Notes: a model not told the origin generated them from the letters alone. DNA of 64,000 nt from Bacteroidetes bacterium RIFCSPLOWO2_12_FULL_37_12 (GCA_001769655.1 MEPC01000039.1:154-64153), one strand, 5' to 3'; shown: positions 19,968 through 29,089, counted from the stretch's first letter. Numbers and translations are program-made.

Positions 19968-20612
19968 TTATTTGTTAATAAAGTACTTGGTTAAGATCCA
20001 AACAGAACTATCGGGATAAACTTTTTTGACAACACCAATGTTTTTTGAGAGATATATGTGGGAACTATCGCTATAAGTACTTTTAATGTGAATGATTTTA
20101 TTATAATTAATCATTAATTGTGTATCTGATACTTGGAATGTATCAACAAATAAAAATTGACCTGTATTATTACCTATTTTAAGTGGATATTGGTAAATAT
20201 CCCCCCCCCCCCCACCACCAGGAAAAAGTAATACAGAATCAGGCACAACCTCACTAAAAGAAATCAAAGGGTTTAAGGTGAATCCGGGAACATTACTAAA
20301 CCAATCGTAACCAGGATTATCCGGGCTATTAAAAAATATTTCGTTAGAATGTTGAATGAATATTTTATAAAAAAAATCACATAATTCAGGATCGTGGTCA
20401 AATGCTATTTCTTTTGTTGATGAATAACAAAACATTGAATCCATGATACCAAAAGCCCCTTTTTTTTGATAAACCCACCAGCTACCTTGTGGAAAAAACC
20501 AGTAGTCAAGGAATTCTTTTGTGAGTTCTGATGGATTGCAAACAGGTTCTTTCTTGCAGGAGAAACCGAGGGTGAGCAGAAAGGTGAGTAGTAATATTTT
20601 TGGAAGATTCAT
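19968..20612 (-). CDS. Lipoprotein of unknown function (module B2), 4 nt upstream of the giant gene
   Basis: Lipobox LTLGFSC. Paralog of 21339..22019, sharing FP.GSWWVY, the ...Y.INK terminus and an identical 4-nt spacing to the next start. Confidence 0.7.
   Translation of the reverse strand: MNLPKILLLTFLLTLGFSCKKEPVCNPSELTKEFLDYWFFPQGSWWVYQKKGAFGIMDSMFCYSSTKEIAFDHDPELCDFFYKIFIQHSNEIFFNSPDNPGYDWFSNVPGFTLNPLISFSEVVPDSVLLFPGGGGGGDIYQYPLKIGNNTGQFLFVDTFQVSDTQLMINYNKIIHIKSTYSDSSHIYLSKNIGVVKKVYPDSSVWILTKYFINK
20201..20213 (-). repeat. Homopolymeric tract, 13 G on the coding strand, inside the B2 lipoprotein CDS
   Basis: Counted directly as C x13 on the plus strand. It encodes the run PGGGGGGD. 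Confidence 0.95.
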
Positions 20613-20860
20613 GTTATTACAAAGAATAAAAAAAATTAGAATGGAAATAAAATATCAGATAATGAAAATGATTTTTTGAAATTAATTTTTTCTATATACG
20701 AGGGGTGAAATTAATTTATTTCATATTTCAACAAACCATAGATTCTTCTAAAAACATAGCAATTTAATGAAAAATAATTGAAAAAAGCAAGTTTTTGTTA
20801 AATTATTTTTACAGGCATATAATCGCTTTGTGGAATTTGAGTTCTTGCCACAACCACCCT

Positions 20861-21334
20861 TTATGTGTCTAATCCATCATCAGGGCTTACCCAATTTCTT
20901 GGGAGATTAATAAAATCATCATAATCCCAGATTTCTATTGAATTATAAGGTGTGAAATAAACTTTTGCTTGCGTTTCTAAAAAGCCGCTGTCAGGGTAAG
21001 TTACCTGGTGTTTAATGTGTAAGGTAACCGGAAAAAATGGGAGATTAGCCAAAGGATAACTGATTTGAACTTTTATGGTTAGAGTGTCACTGTAATAATA
21101 ATTTCTTGCAGGCAGATTTTCAGCATTTATAACGCTCCACCCCGTTTTTGGAATTGTCTGTATATTTCCTGATAAAGAAGTGCTATCAGAAAAGTAATAT
21201 GATATTTCTATCTCAGTATTTCCATCTAAAGTTTGGTCTTCTTTAGAGACAACTTTGATAAGGGCTTTTGTTTGAGAAAGAGCACTTGATAATACCATTA
21301 AACCAAATGCTAAAATTAAAATAAGCTTTTTCAT
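20861..21334 (-). CDS. Truncated paralog (module A1) of the N-terminal domain of the giant T9SS protein
   Basis: Signal peptide plus KVYFTPYNSIEIWDYDDFINLPRNW, matching YIYFTPYNTIEIFNESDFIKSKREW in 14753..19963. Similarity continues about 45 nt past its TAA stop (RVVVARTQIPQSDY), so it looks like a 3'-truncated copy. Confidence 0.6.
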   Translation of the reverse strand: MKKLILILAFGLMVLSSALSQTKALIKVVSKEDQTLDGNTEIEISYYFSDSTSLSGNIQTIPKTGWSVINAENLPARNYYYSDTLTIKVQISYPLANLPFFPVTLHIKHQVTYPDSGFLETQAKVYFTPYNSIEIWDYDDFINLPRNWVSPDDGLDT

Positions 21335-21338
21335 GTTC

Positions 21339-22019
21339 TTATTTGTTTATGTGATAATTTATCAGTTCCCAGTTTAAAGAATCTGTGTGCGTTTTTTTTA
21401 TGAGCCCAACGCTTTTTGCGTAATAGTATATACCATCGTATTTAGAGGTTGTGTCATAATCGATGTCACAACCAGCACCTGTTTTAACACGACTAATTTT
21501 AAATATTTTAATTTGATGGAAATTAAAATTTTGTGATAATAATGAGTCTCTTAATTCAATGTAATATATATTTTCAGAATAATTAGAATTCCCCAATGAT
21601 ATATTTGAAACGAAAATAATTACTGTTTGCCCAAAACAATGTGTTTTTTCAATTTTGATTGAATAATGACTTTTTTCAAGTTCATCAGCCATTCCAAAAC
21701 AATTAATAATATGTTCAGCGGGAAATGTTTTTGATTTATCCTGTAATAAGTATTCCCATTTATAGTCAATAACCCCGTTTCCATCTCCATCTTCTTCAAT
21801 TATTTTAATTTCCTGACTTATCACCTTCACTGTATCCAGCGCCCCCGTCGCTGAATCCTTATACACCCACCAAGAACCCACGGGAAAAATGACGTAGTCA
21901 TACATATCTTGGGTAAGATAGTAAGTGGGGGGGGCGGGTTTGTCGTCTTTGCAAGCAGAAAACGATAAACAAACGCTGGCAAATGTGAAGAGTAAATTTC
22001 TTGAATTTAGTTTTTTCAT
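21339..22019 (-). CDS. Lipoprotein of unknown function (module B1)
   Basis: Lipobox LSFSAC. Paralog of 19968..20612. Confidence 0.7.
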   Translation of the reverse strand: MKKLNSRNLLFTFASVCLSFSACKDDKPAPPTYYLTQDMYDYVIFPVGSWWVYKDSATGALDTVKVISQEIKIIEEDGDGNGVIDYKWEYLLQDKSKTFPAEHIINCFGMADELEKSHYSIKIEKTHCFGQTVIIFVSNISLGNSNYSENIYYIELRDSLLSQNFNFHQIKIFKISRVKTGAGCDIDYDTTSKYDGIYYYAKSVGLIKKTHTDSLNWELINYHINK

Positions 22020-22058
22020 GTTCAGGGTGCAGAAGGGTTTATATTTAGTAAAGAAGCG

Positions 22059-22570
22059 TTATAAAAGTGGTTTCTTAAGTATGAGGACACAAGTTAGAAA
22101 GAATAAATGAGAAATACAAGTTATTGTAAAATTATTTATAACCGGTGCATAATCACTTTGAGGAATTTGATTTCGTGACACAACCACCCTTGTGGTATCC
22201 AAACTATCATCAGTGCCACTACAGTTTCTTGGGAGATTTATAAAATCATAATAATCCCAGATTTCTATTGAATTATAAAGTGTGAAATACAATTTGGCTT
22301 CTGTTTCCAGATAGTTAGTATCAGGATATGTAATCAGATGTTTAATAGGTATGGTAACCGGAAAGAATGGAAGATTTGCAACAGGATAACTGATATTGAT
22401 TTTTATTGCAACCGTTTCCTGATAATAATAAGTTTTTGAGGTTGGATTCGTAATTACATAGCTCCACCTTGTTTTTAGAGTTATTTGGGGATCGCCTGAT
22501 AAAGATGTGCTATCGGAGAAATTGTACATTAATTCAATTTCTGTGTTTCCATTAAGAGCTTCATCTTCTC
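22059..22570 (-). pseudogene. 5'-truncated copy (module A') of the same N-terminal domain; no signal peptide
   Basis: KLYFTLYNSIEIWDYYDFINLPRNC aligns with A1. In this frame, similarity to A1 (EDEALNGNTEIELMYNFSD against KEDQTLDGNTEIEISYYFSD) extends upstream of the listed Met into the last codons of maf. Confidence 0.6.
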
Positions 22571-23113
22571 CAACTCAGCCAGTACCCTGCTCACCGGTAA
22601 CCCCATCACGTTATAAAAACACCCTTCCACTCTTTTAATGAACCTAAGTCCGAACCAGTCCTGAATACCATAAGCGCCTGCTTTATCATAAGGACAGAAA
22701 TTATTTACATAATAGATTATTTCATTTGGTTTTACCTTATGAAAAAACACCTTGCTTTTTTCACTGAAGGAAATTGATTTAGTGGCACTGCGAAGACATA
22801 CACCCGTTACAACACTATGGCATCTGGCGGATAATGACATTAACATCTTTACAGCTTGTCTTTTGTTTTTTGGTTTTCCGAGAATTTTTTTGCCTAAAAT
22901 AACAACTGTATCCGCCGTAATTATCACTTCATTGCTTTTTGGTTCCGGTAAGGAATTCGATTTTATTTTTGCAAGGCATTCGGCTACTTTATAAATATTA
23001 AATTTACGGGGAATTGTTTCTTCCACATGCGGTTTAATTACCTTGAACGTTAGACCGGCATCCTTTAATAATTGATAACGGCGAGGGGAACTGGAAGCGA
23101 GAATGAGGTTCAT
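22529..23113 (-). CDS. maf: Maf family nucleoside-triphosphate pyrophosphatase
   Basis: LILASSSPRRYQLL N-terminus, AGAYGIQ motif and a length of 194 aa. Confidence 0.9.
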   Translation of the reverse strand: MNLILASSSPRRYQLLKDAGLTFKVIKPHVEETIPRKFNIYKVAECLAKIKSNSLPEPKSNEVIITADTVVILGKKILGKPKNKRQAVKMLMSLSARCHSVVTGVCLRSATKSISFSEKSKVFFHKVKPNEIIYYVNNFCPYDKAGAYGIQDWFGLRFIKRVEGCFYNVMGLPVSRVLAELEKMKLLMETQKLN

Positions 23114-23125
23114 AATTATTGTCTA

Positions 23126-23980
23126 TTATAAAAAAATCATTGAAATCATACCAGTAATCATTAAACCTTTTGTAATATGGTTAAACCATACTAATTTATT
23201 TTCAGTCATTCGGAATCTAAGAATAAACGATAATAATAAAAAGGAAGGTGTAAAAACCAACATCAAAAAATAAATTCTAAATCCAAAAAATTCCCACAAG
23301 TAATGGATACATAAAATCTCTGATACCAATAATATAGCAGTAAGTGTGATTAAATAATTCCACGAAAAAACATCTCCAAGTACAACGGGTATCGTAGAAA
23401 TTCCTGCAAAGGTATCCCCCTTTTTATCCTGCATATCTTTTACGGCTTCACGAATCATATTCAGCCAGAATGCAAAAAATACAAATAACCATGCAAACGG
23501 ATCATACGAATCATGTATAAAAATAAAAATCGCAATTGCCCAGGCGGTAAGCAATGACACATAAATGTTTTTCAAAAAAATAATTTTTTTAATAAAAACT
23601 GAATACAAGAGTATGAATAATAAAGTGAATACCTGTAGCCAGAAAAAAACAGAAGTTGTTATCCATGCCAGCAAAAGAGCTAAAGAAAAAAGGAATGTTA
23701 TTATGCCGAGATATTTCAGTTTGCTTGTTCCCAGAAAAATAAAACCGTTTAATTTATTATTCGCCGAATCAGTTTTTAAATCCATTAAGTCATTAAACAG
23801 GAAACCGGATAAAACCAACAGCACAGAAGATAAAATAATTTGGAATATTGATGCTTGTTCATAAACAGAAAATGGAATAAGGAATCGGGCTGTCAGCCAT
23901 TGGGCTAAAGCAATAATCAACAGGTTATTGATTCTGACAATTTTAAAAAATTGAACTATTTTTTGTACCTTCGCGGACAT
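23126..23980 (-). CDS. UbiA family prenyltransferase
   Basis: Polytopic membrane protein with the Asp-rich motif NDLMDLKTDSANN and a second Asp-rich region REAVKDMQDKKGD. Confidence 0.8.
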   Translation of the reverse strand: MSAKVQKIVQFFKIVRINNLLIIALAQWLTARFLIPFSVYEQASIFQIILSSVLLVLSGFLFNDLMDLKTDSANNKLNGFIFLGTSKLKYLGIITFLFSLALLLAWITTSVFFWLQVFTLLFILLYSVFIKKIIFLKNIYVSLLTAWAIAIFIFIHDSYDPFAWLFVFFAFWLNMIREAVKDMQDKKGDTFAGISTIPVVLGDVFSWNYLITLTAILLVSEILCIHYLWEFFGFRIYFLMLVFTPSFLLLSFILRFRMTENKLVWFNHITKGLMITGMISMIFL

Positions 23981-24026
23981 TGTATTATTTGAGATAAACT
24001 CATACTGATGAGTTTGGTGAAATTAG

Positions 24027-24126
24027 GATAAAGGGTATAAGGATATAAAGGTATAATGGTATAGAGGTAATACTTTGATTACGCCCTTATACCCTATACC
24101 CTTATACCCTATACCCTTATACCCAT
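24027..24126. repeat. STR-A hairpin element (GGTATAAG-type arm facing a CTTATACC-type arm)
   Basis: The left arm aagggtataaggatataaaggtataatggtatagaggta and right arm ccttataccctatacccttataccctatacccttataccc are complementary. Confidence 0.85.
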
Positions 24127-24142
24127 ATTCTTTTAGTAAAAC

Positions 24143-24373
24143 ATGAATAGCGTAATAAATCCTATTAAAACCTTTTTTGAAAAACAGGCATTCGGTGTTT
24201 GTGCCAAACTGGGGGACAAACTCGGTTTTTCTTCTTCAAGCATAAGGATGTTTTTTATTTATGCCTCTTTTATAACTTTAGGTTCTCCTATCCTTATTTA
24301 CTTGTCTTTATATTTTATTATTAATCTCCGTCAGCATTTACGCCGTAACAGAAGCACCGTTTGGGAAATTTGA
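24143..24373 (+). CDS. PspC domain-containing membrane protein
   Basis: GVCAKLGDKLGFSSSSIRMFFIYASFITLGSPILIYL matches the PspC domain pattern. Confidence 0.8.
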   Translation: MNSVINPIKTFFEKQAFGVCAKLGDKLGFSSSSIRMFFIYASFITLGSPILIYLSLYFIINLRQHLRRNRSTVWEI

Positions 24374-25879
24374 TGAATGATGAATTCTATTCTTTTTCCA
24401 ATTGGAAATATTTTTACGACTCGCCTCTTGCTGAATCGAAATTTTAGATGACGCCTTAAAATGATTCCAATAACAAACTGCCAACACAGCGCCAGCAATT
24501 TCTTCCTGTTCACTTAAATTTCCGTTCAGATTTCCGGCGTTGAAGTTGTTTTCAATAAATTTTGTATTTATTTTACCATTTTTGAAATCCAAATGGTTAA
24601 AAACCCATCTGCCAAACAAAAGCGTTGTATTAATGCCTGTAATTTCAAAATCGTCTATAGCCCGTAATATCCTTTGTATGGCGATTTCCCGTGTTTCTCC
24701 CCAAACAATTAATTTTCCTATCATGGAATCGTAATAAACGGGTATTTCCTGATTTTCTTTAAAACCGTCATCCACTCTGATTCCAACTCCTTGTGGAATT
24801 TTATAACTTGATAATTTACCTGAATCGGGCATAAAATTATTTTCAGGATCTTCGGCATTAATCCGCAATTCAATTGCATGACCATTTATCGAAAGATTAT
24901 CCTGATTAAATCGTAATGGATTTCCCATAGCAATAGTTAATTGCTCTCTCACAATATCAATTCCGGTAATCAATTCAGTTACCGGATGTTCTACCTGAAG
25001 GCGGGTATTCATTTCCATAAAATAAAAATTCATATTTTCATCCATGAGAAATTCAAGCGTACCGGCGTTCCGGTAATTACATGCTTTTGCCAATCGTATA
25101 GCACATTCACCCATCTCTTTTCTTTTTTCAGGAGTAAGCAGGCAGGACGGCGCTTCTTCAATTAGCTTTTGATGTCTTCGCTGAATAGAACATTCTCTTT
25201 CAAAAAGATATACCGAATTTCCGAAATTGTCACAAAGCACTTGTAGTTCAATATGACGGGGAGCGGGTAAATATTTTTCAATAAAAACAGAATCATCTCC
25301 GAATGAGGATTTGGCTTCGTGCATTGCGCTATGAATGATTTTGTAAGCATTTTCTTCGGAATATAAAATGCGCATTCCCTTCCCTCCTCCTCCAGCGCTT
25401 GCTTTTACCAATACCGGAAAGCCAATGGTTTTCGCAACTTCTATACATTTTTCAGTGGATGTTATTTTGGTATCGGTGCCCGGTAAAACAGGAACTTTAT
25501 TTTCTTTAGCAAGTTTTTTGGCTGTAAGTTTATTTCCCATCCAACGCATGGATTCGGGAGTGGGTCCGATAAAAATAAGATTGTTTTCAAGCACTTTTTC
25601 AGCAAAATCCGGATTTTCAGATAGAAATCCATAACCGGGATGAATGGCATCGGCACGACATAACTTTGCGGCATTTATTATTTTATCCATTCTCAGATAC
25701 GATTCTGAAGATAGCGCCGGACCAATGCATACGGCTTCATCCGCGTATTGAGTATGTAATGCATTTCTGTCTGCCTCACTGAAAACGGCAACCGTTTTAA
25801 TTCCCATTTCCTTTGCAGTACGCATAATTCGTAAGGCAATTTCTCCGCGGTTGGCAATGAGTAGTTTATTAATTTTCAT
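24338..25879 (-). CDS. accC: Biotin carboxylase subunit of an acyl-CoA carboxylase
   Basis: MKINKLLIANRGEIALRIMRTAKEMGI start, ATP-grasp GGGGKGMR and EMNTRLQVEHPVTE. It has a C-terminal extension of about 60 aa with no biotinyl-lysine motif. Confidence 0.9.
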   Translation of the reverse strand: MKINKLLIANRGEIALRIMRTAKEMGIKTVAVFSEADRNALHTQYADEAVCIGPALSSESYLRMDKIINAAKLCRADAIHPGYGFLSENPDFAEKVLENNLIFIGPTPESMRWMGNKLTAKKLAKENKVPVLPGTDTKITSTEKCIEVAKTIGFPVLVKASAGGGGKGMRILYSEENAYKIIHSAMHEAKSSFGDDSVFIEKYLPAPRHIELQVLCDNFGNSVYLFERECSIQRRHQKLIEEAPSCLLTPEKRKEMGECAIRLAKACNYRNAGTLEFLMDENMNFYFMEMNTRLQVEHPVTELITGIDIVREQLTIAMGNPLRFNQDNLSINGHAIELRINAEDPENNFMPDSGKLSSYKIPQGVGIRVDDGFKENQEIPVYYDSMIGKLIVWGETREIAIQRILRAIDDFEITGINTTLLFGRWVFNHLDFKNGKINTKFIENNFNAGNLNGNLSEQEEIAGAVLAVCYWNHFKASSKISIQQEASRKNISNWKKNRIHHSSNFPNGASVTA

Positions 25880-25978
25880 TTGTGCGCTAAATTAAGGATT
25901 TTTGTTGGATGATTATTATAACTTTCTCATTCTTTTTCTATCTTTACCCTTTAATACAATGATAAAACGTTGGCTTTA

Positions 25979-26137
25979 CGGTAGTAATACGTGGTAATAC
26001 AATTGTAATACTATGGTAATACAATTGTGGTTCAGTTGCAATACGATAGTATTACAACCGTATTACAACCGTATTACAACCGTATTACAACTGCATTACA
26101 ACCGTATTTCAACCGTATTACAACTGCATTACAACTA
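25979..26137. repeat. STR-C hairpin element (GTAATAC units facing GTATTACAAC units)
   Basis: The left arm 25981-26030 carries 4 gtaatac units. The right arm 26049-26136 carries about 9 tandem cgtattacaa-type decamers and ends 2 nt before the ccmB ATG. Confidence 0.85.
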
Positions 26138-26138
26138 A

Positions 26139-26795
26139 ATGATCCCCTCTCAAATTATTTGCCTACTAAAAAAAGACCTCCTTCTGGAGTGGAGAAAAAA
26201 ATATGCACTAAACGGAATACTATTATATGTTTTTTCGATGATCACAATATGCTATCAGAGTTTTCGTAATCCTGACCCGCAAACCTGGATAGCTGTTTAT
26301 TGGCTCATCATGCTTTTTGTTGCCATTAATGCTGTTTCGAAAAGTTTTATGCTTGAAAACCGCAGGAGAAATTTGTATTTATACACTTTAGCCAACCCTG
26401 TTGCTATCATTATCGCAAAAATTATTTATAACCTTCTGCTACAACTTTTCATTGGAGGTATATCCTTACTTTTTTACATGGTTGTAATGGGAAATCCCAT
26501 TCAAAGCATTGGAATTTTTATCATAGTCCTATTTCTGGGATCTTCAGGATTGTCGGCTACGCTTACATTGCTATCCGCAATTTCTCAGAAATCGGAAGGA
26601 AATTTTATTTTACTGCCAGTGTTGAGTTTTCCGGTCATTATTCCGCTTTTGCTGAATCTCATTAGAATTTCCAACGCAACCCTTACAGAAGTGACCTTTA
26701 ATTACCTCCAGAAAGGATTTTTAATGACCGGAGGAATCATCTTAATGGTTTTTGCTCTTTCGGTAATATTGTTTCCCTTTGTATGGAGGGAATGA
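26139..26795 (+). CDS. ccmB: Heme exporter permease CcmB-like protein
   Basis: Six-TM 218-aa protein with an N-terminal LLKKDLLLEWRKKYALNGILLY pattern typical of CcmB. Confidence 0.7.
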   Translation: MIPSQIICLLKKDLLLEWRKKYALNGILLYVFSMITICYQSFRNPDPQTWIAVYWLIMLFVAINAVSKSFMLENRRRNLYLYTLANPVAIIIAKIIYNLLLQLFIGGISLLFYMVVMGNPIQSIGIFIIVLFLGSSGLSATLTLLSAISQKSEGNFILLPVLSFPVIIPLLLNLIRISNATLTEVTFNYLQKGFLMTGGIILMVFALSVILFPFVWRE

Positions 26796-26808
26796 GAGAA
26801 ATTTTTTC

Positions 26809-26957
26809 TTAAACATTTTTCATTTCTTGTTTTGTGTTATGTGTTTTTGTAACTAAAACTTGAGTAGTCCTTGGTAAATGTTACTACTCAGCGTACAGAC
26901 ATTTTTATTTTAAAAAAATAACACTTAACATAAAACACTAAACAAAAAATGTTTAAG
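26809..26957. repeat. About 150-nt hairpin element of the tgttatgtgtt family
   Basis: Arms cttaaacatttttcatttcttgttttgtgttatgtgtt and aacacttaacataaaacactaaacaaaaaatgtttaag, with an inner tgagtagt/actactca hairpin. Related partial copies at 27005-27075 and 33921-34005 share tgt.gctaaag..atctgctgag. Confidence 0.75.
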
Positions 26958-27071
26958 TGCTGGTAGATTATATCATATTTTGGCTTTTCGTTTATAATTT
27001 AATATTTTTTGTTATATGTTATGTGTTTTTGTAGCTAAAGACATCTGCTGAGTTGTAACGGGTAAATAACA

Positions 27072-27104
27072 TAAAAAAAAGGGCTGTCAACCAAACAGCC
27101 CTTT
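27072..27104 (-). terminator. Rho-independent terminator of the M43 protease gene
   Basis: On the minus strand, the stem agggctgt/acagccct with a 7-nt loop is followed by eight T residues. Confidence 0.65.
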
Positions 27105-27133
27105 GCCATGAAAACTAAATTACCTAATGGAAA

Positions 27134-29089
27134 TTATTTTATAACCACAAACTTACGTGTCACTTTTTCATCTTTATTAAAAAGATGAATAGAGTAAACC
27201 CCGTTGACTAAATTGAAAAGAGAAAACTCAACATAATTGTCACCCTGAATGGTATTTATGGTTGTATTAATTACTTCTCTACCGGTGACATCCATGATTT
27301 TTGCATGCAATTGTGTTTCCTGCTCAAAGAAGAAATTCGTAGTAATCTTTTCGTTAGCCGGATTGGGATATACTTTCAAATCAGAGAAATTCTCCAGATT
27401 GTTGTCAAAGGGATTGGAGTCCTCAGCCGTTCTGGATGAATATGCGCTACTGCTTCTATAAGCAATCATTTTATATTTGGTGGAAGTGCTGTATGCACCA
27501 TTGTACCCAACTACTTTTATATAATAGGTTCCAACCGGCGCGTAATTATAAATAACTTTTTCGCTGGTAGTGCCACCATTTTCCGATTTTTTTAACAGCG
27601 TGCCACTTGAGTTGTAGAGATACAAATCATAATCATACGGCAAATAAGAGAGTGTCACTTTTATATTTTTGTACGTGGAAGTATTGGAGAATTTAAACCA
27701 GTCAACATCCGTAGCCGAACAAATATACGGATAGTAGGATGTGCTGGTAGAAATTGATTTTGCCGCGCTCAAGGATTCGTTTGGCTCATAAACATCAGAG
27801 CAAGAACCGGAAGTAGCCGCTGTGGTAGTAAAATATGCGGAAGAAGAAAATGCACTACTTGAACTGGTGCACACGCTTTTTACCTGAAATTCATATTGGG
27901 TGGAAGCTGATAAACCTGAAATGCTTTTTGAAGTACTCGTAGAAGTTGTGGATGTCCAAGTGGTTGTAGAAGTTTTCCTGTATTGAATACTATAACTGAC
28001 TGCGCCGGTAGAAGACCATGCGAGAGTGGCACTACTGCTTGTAATAGAAGAGGATGTTAATCCTGATGGGACATTGCAAGTAGTAGTTGTACCTGTACCG
28101 CAACCGGTTGAAGTTAGCAATCCGGAACGGTAATTATTAATGGCGGCATTCATTCTCGAGGATTGCCCTGTGCTGAACATATTCATACAAGCATCATCTG
28201 TATAATCCATATAATTCATAAACATATCTCCTGAGGAAGTATTACCGCAGGTTTTATGTGGATAAGAAGGGCAACCATAGTTATCTGCCTGTTGAGTGGG
28301 TGTATCTGAAACATTGTCGTTTCCGCAATAGGCATCTCCCCAAATATGGTAAAGATTCAACCAGTGACCTACTTCGTGAGTTGTTGTACGCCCTTTGTTA
28401 AATGGAGCGGTGGCTGTACCGGTGTTTCCAAAATATTTATGACCAATAACTACCCCATCTGTTGAGGATGAACCGCCGGGAAATTGTGCGTAGCCAAGTA
28501 ATCCACCGCCGAGATTACAAACCCAGATATTCAGGTAGCTGGAAGAGGACCACCCTGTTTTTCCGCCGGTAGAAGAAGATTTAACTTTATCATCATCATA
28601 GAAAGATGTAGTGGAAGTTGAAGTACGGGTTATTCCGGTAGTGGCATTTCCGCTGGGATCTTTTGAAGCAAGGCAAAAGTTAATCTGGCAATCGGCGGCA
28701 ACCGAAGAAAAAGCAGATGGAGTATTTACCTTATCAGCATTCAAACGCCTGAAGTCATCATTTAAAATTTTTATCTGGGATTGTATCTGAGCATCACTGA
28801 TGTTTTGTGTGGAAGTATTGTAAACAACGTGAACAACAACAGGAATGGTCACTACTGCTTGTGCATCACGGCTAATTTGGTTAGAAGTAAGGTATTTTTG
28901 AAGTTCTCTTTCCATTTTTTCCATTTTTACCTCAAGTGCCGGATCCTCAGTTTTTAATCTTTCAAGAACATTCATGGTACCACACTTTCTAACCGGAACA
29001 AGGTTTTGTGCGAATGTAATTACACTAAAAAAAGTTACCATGCAAATCATGGAAATGCTATGGTTTAGAATGTTGATACACTTTTTCAT
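27134..29089 (-). CDS. M43 (cytophagalysin/pappalysin-like) zinc metalloprotease with FN3-like and PPC-like domains and a T9SS sorting domain
   Basis: HEVGHWLNLYHIWGD zinc motif, Ser/Thr-rich linkers, and a C-terminal LKVYPNPANEKIT...GVYSIHL pattern. Confidence 0.85.
   Translation of the reverse strand: MKKCINILNHSISMICMVTFFSVITFAQNLVPVRKCGTMNVLERLKTEDPALEVKMEKMERELQKYLTSNQISRDAQAVVTIPVVVHVVYNTSTQNISDAQIQSQIKILNDDFRRLNADKVNTPSAFSSVAADCQINFCLASKDPSGNATTGITRTSTSTTSFYDDDKVKSSSTGGKTGWSSSSYLNIWVCNLGGGLLGYAQFPGGSSSTDGVVIGHKYFGNTGTATAPFNKGRTTTHEVGHWLNLYHIWGDAYCGNDNVSDTPTQQADNYGCPSYPHKTCGNTSSGDMFMNYMDYTDDACMNMFSTGQSSRMNAAINNYRSGLLTSTGCGTGTTTTCNVPSGLTSSSITSSSATLAWSSTGAVSYSIQYRKTSTTTWTSTTSTSTSKSISGLSASTQYEFQVKSVCTSSSSAFSSSAYFTTTAATSGSCSDVYEPNESLSAAKSISTSTSYYPYICSATDVDWFKFSNTSTYKNIKVTLSYLPYDYDLYLYNSSGTLLKKSENGGTTSEKVIYNYAPVGTYYIKVVGYNGAYSTSTKYKMIAYRSSSAYSSRTAEDSNPFDNNLENFSDLKVYPNPANEKITTNFFFEQETQLHAKIMDVTGREVINTTINTIQGDNYVEFSLFNLVNGVYSIHLFNKDEKVTRKFVVIK

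Noticed and set aside
26027-26269. 80-aa plus-strand ORF (…ITTVLQPYYNRITTALQPYFNRITTALQ…)
   Set aside because: It is a translation of the STR-C decamer array upstream of ccmB.
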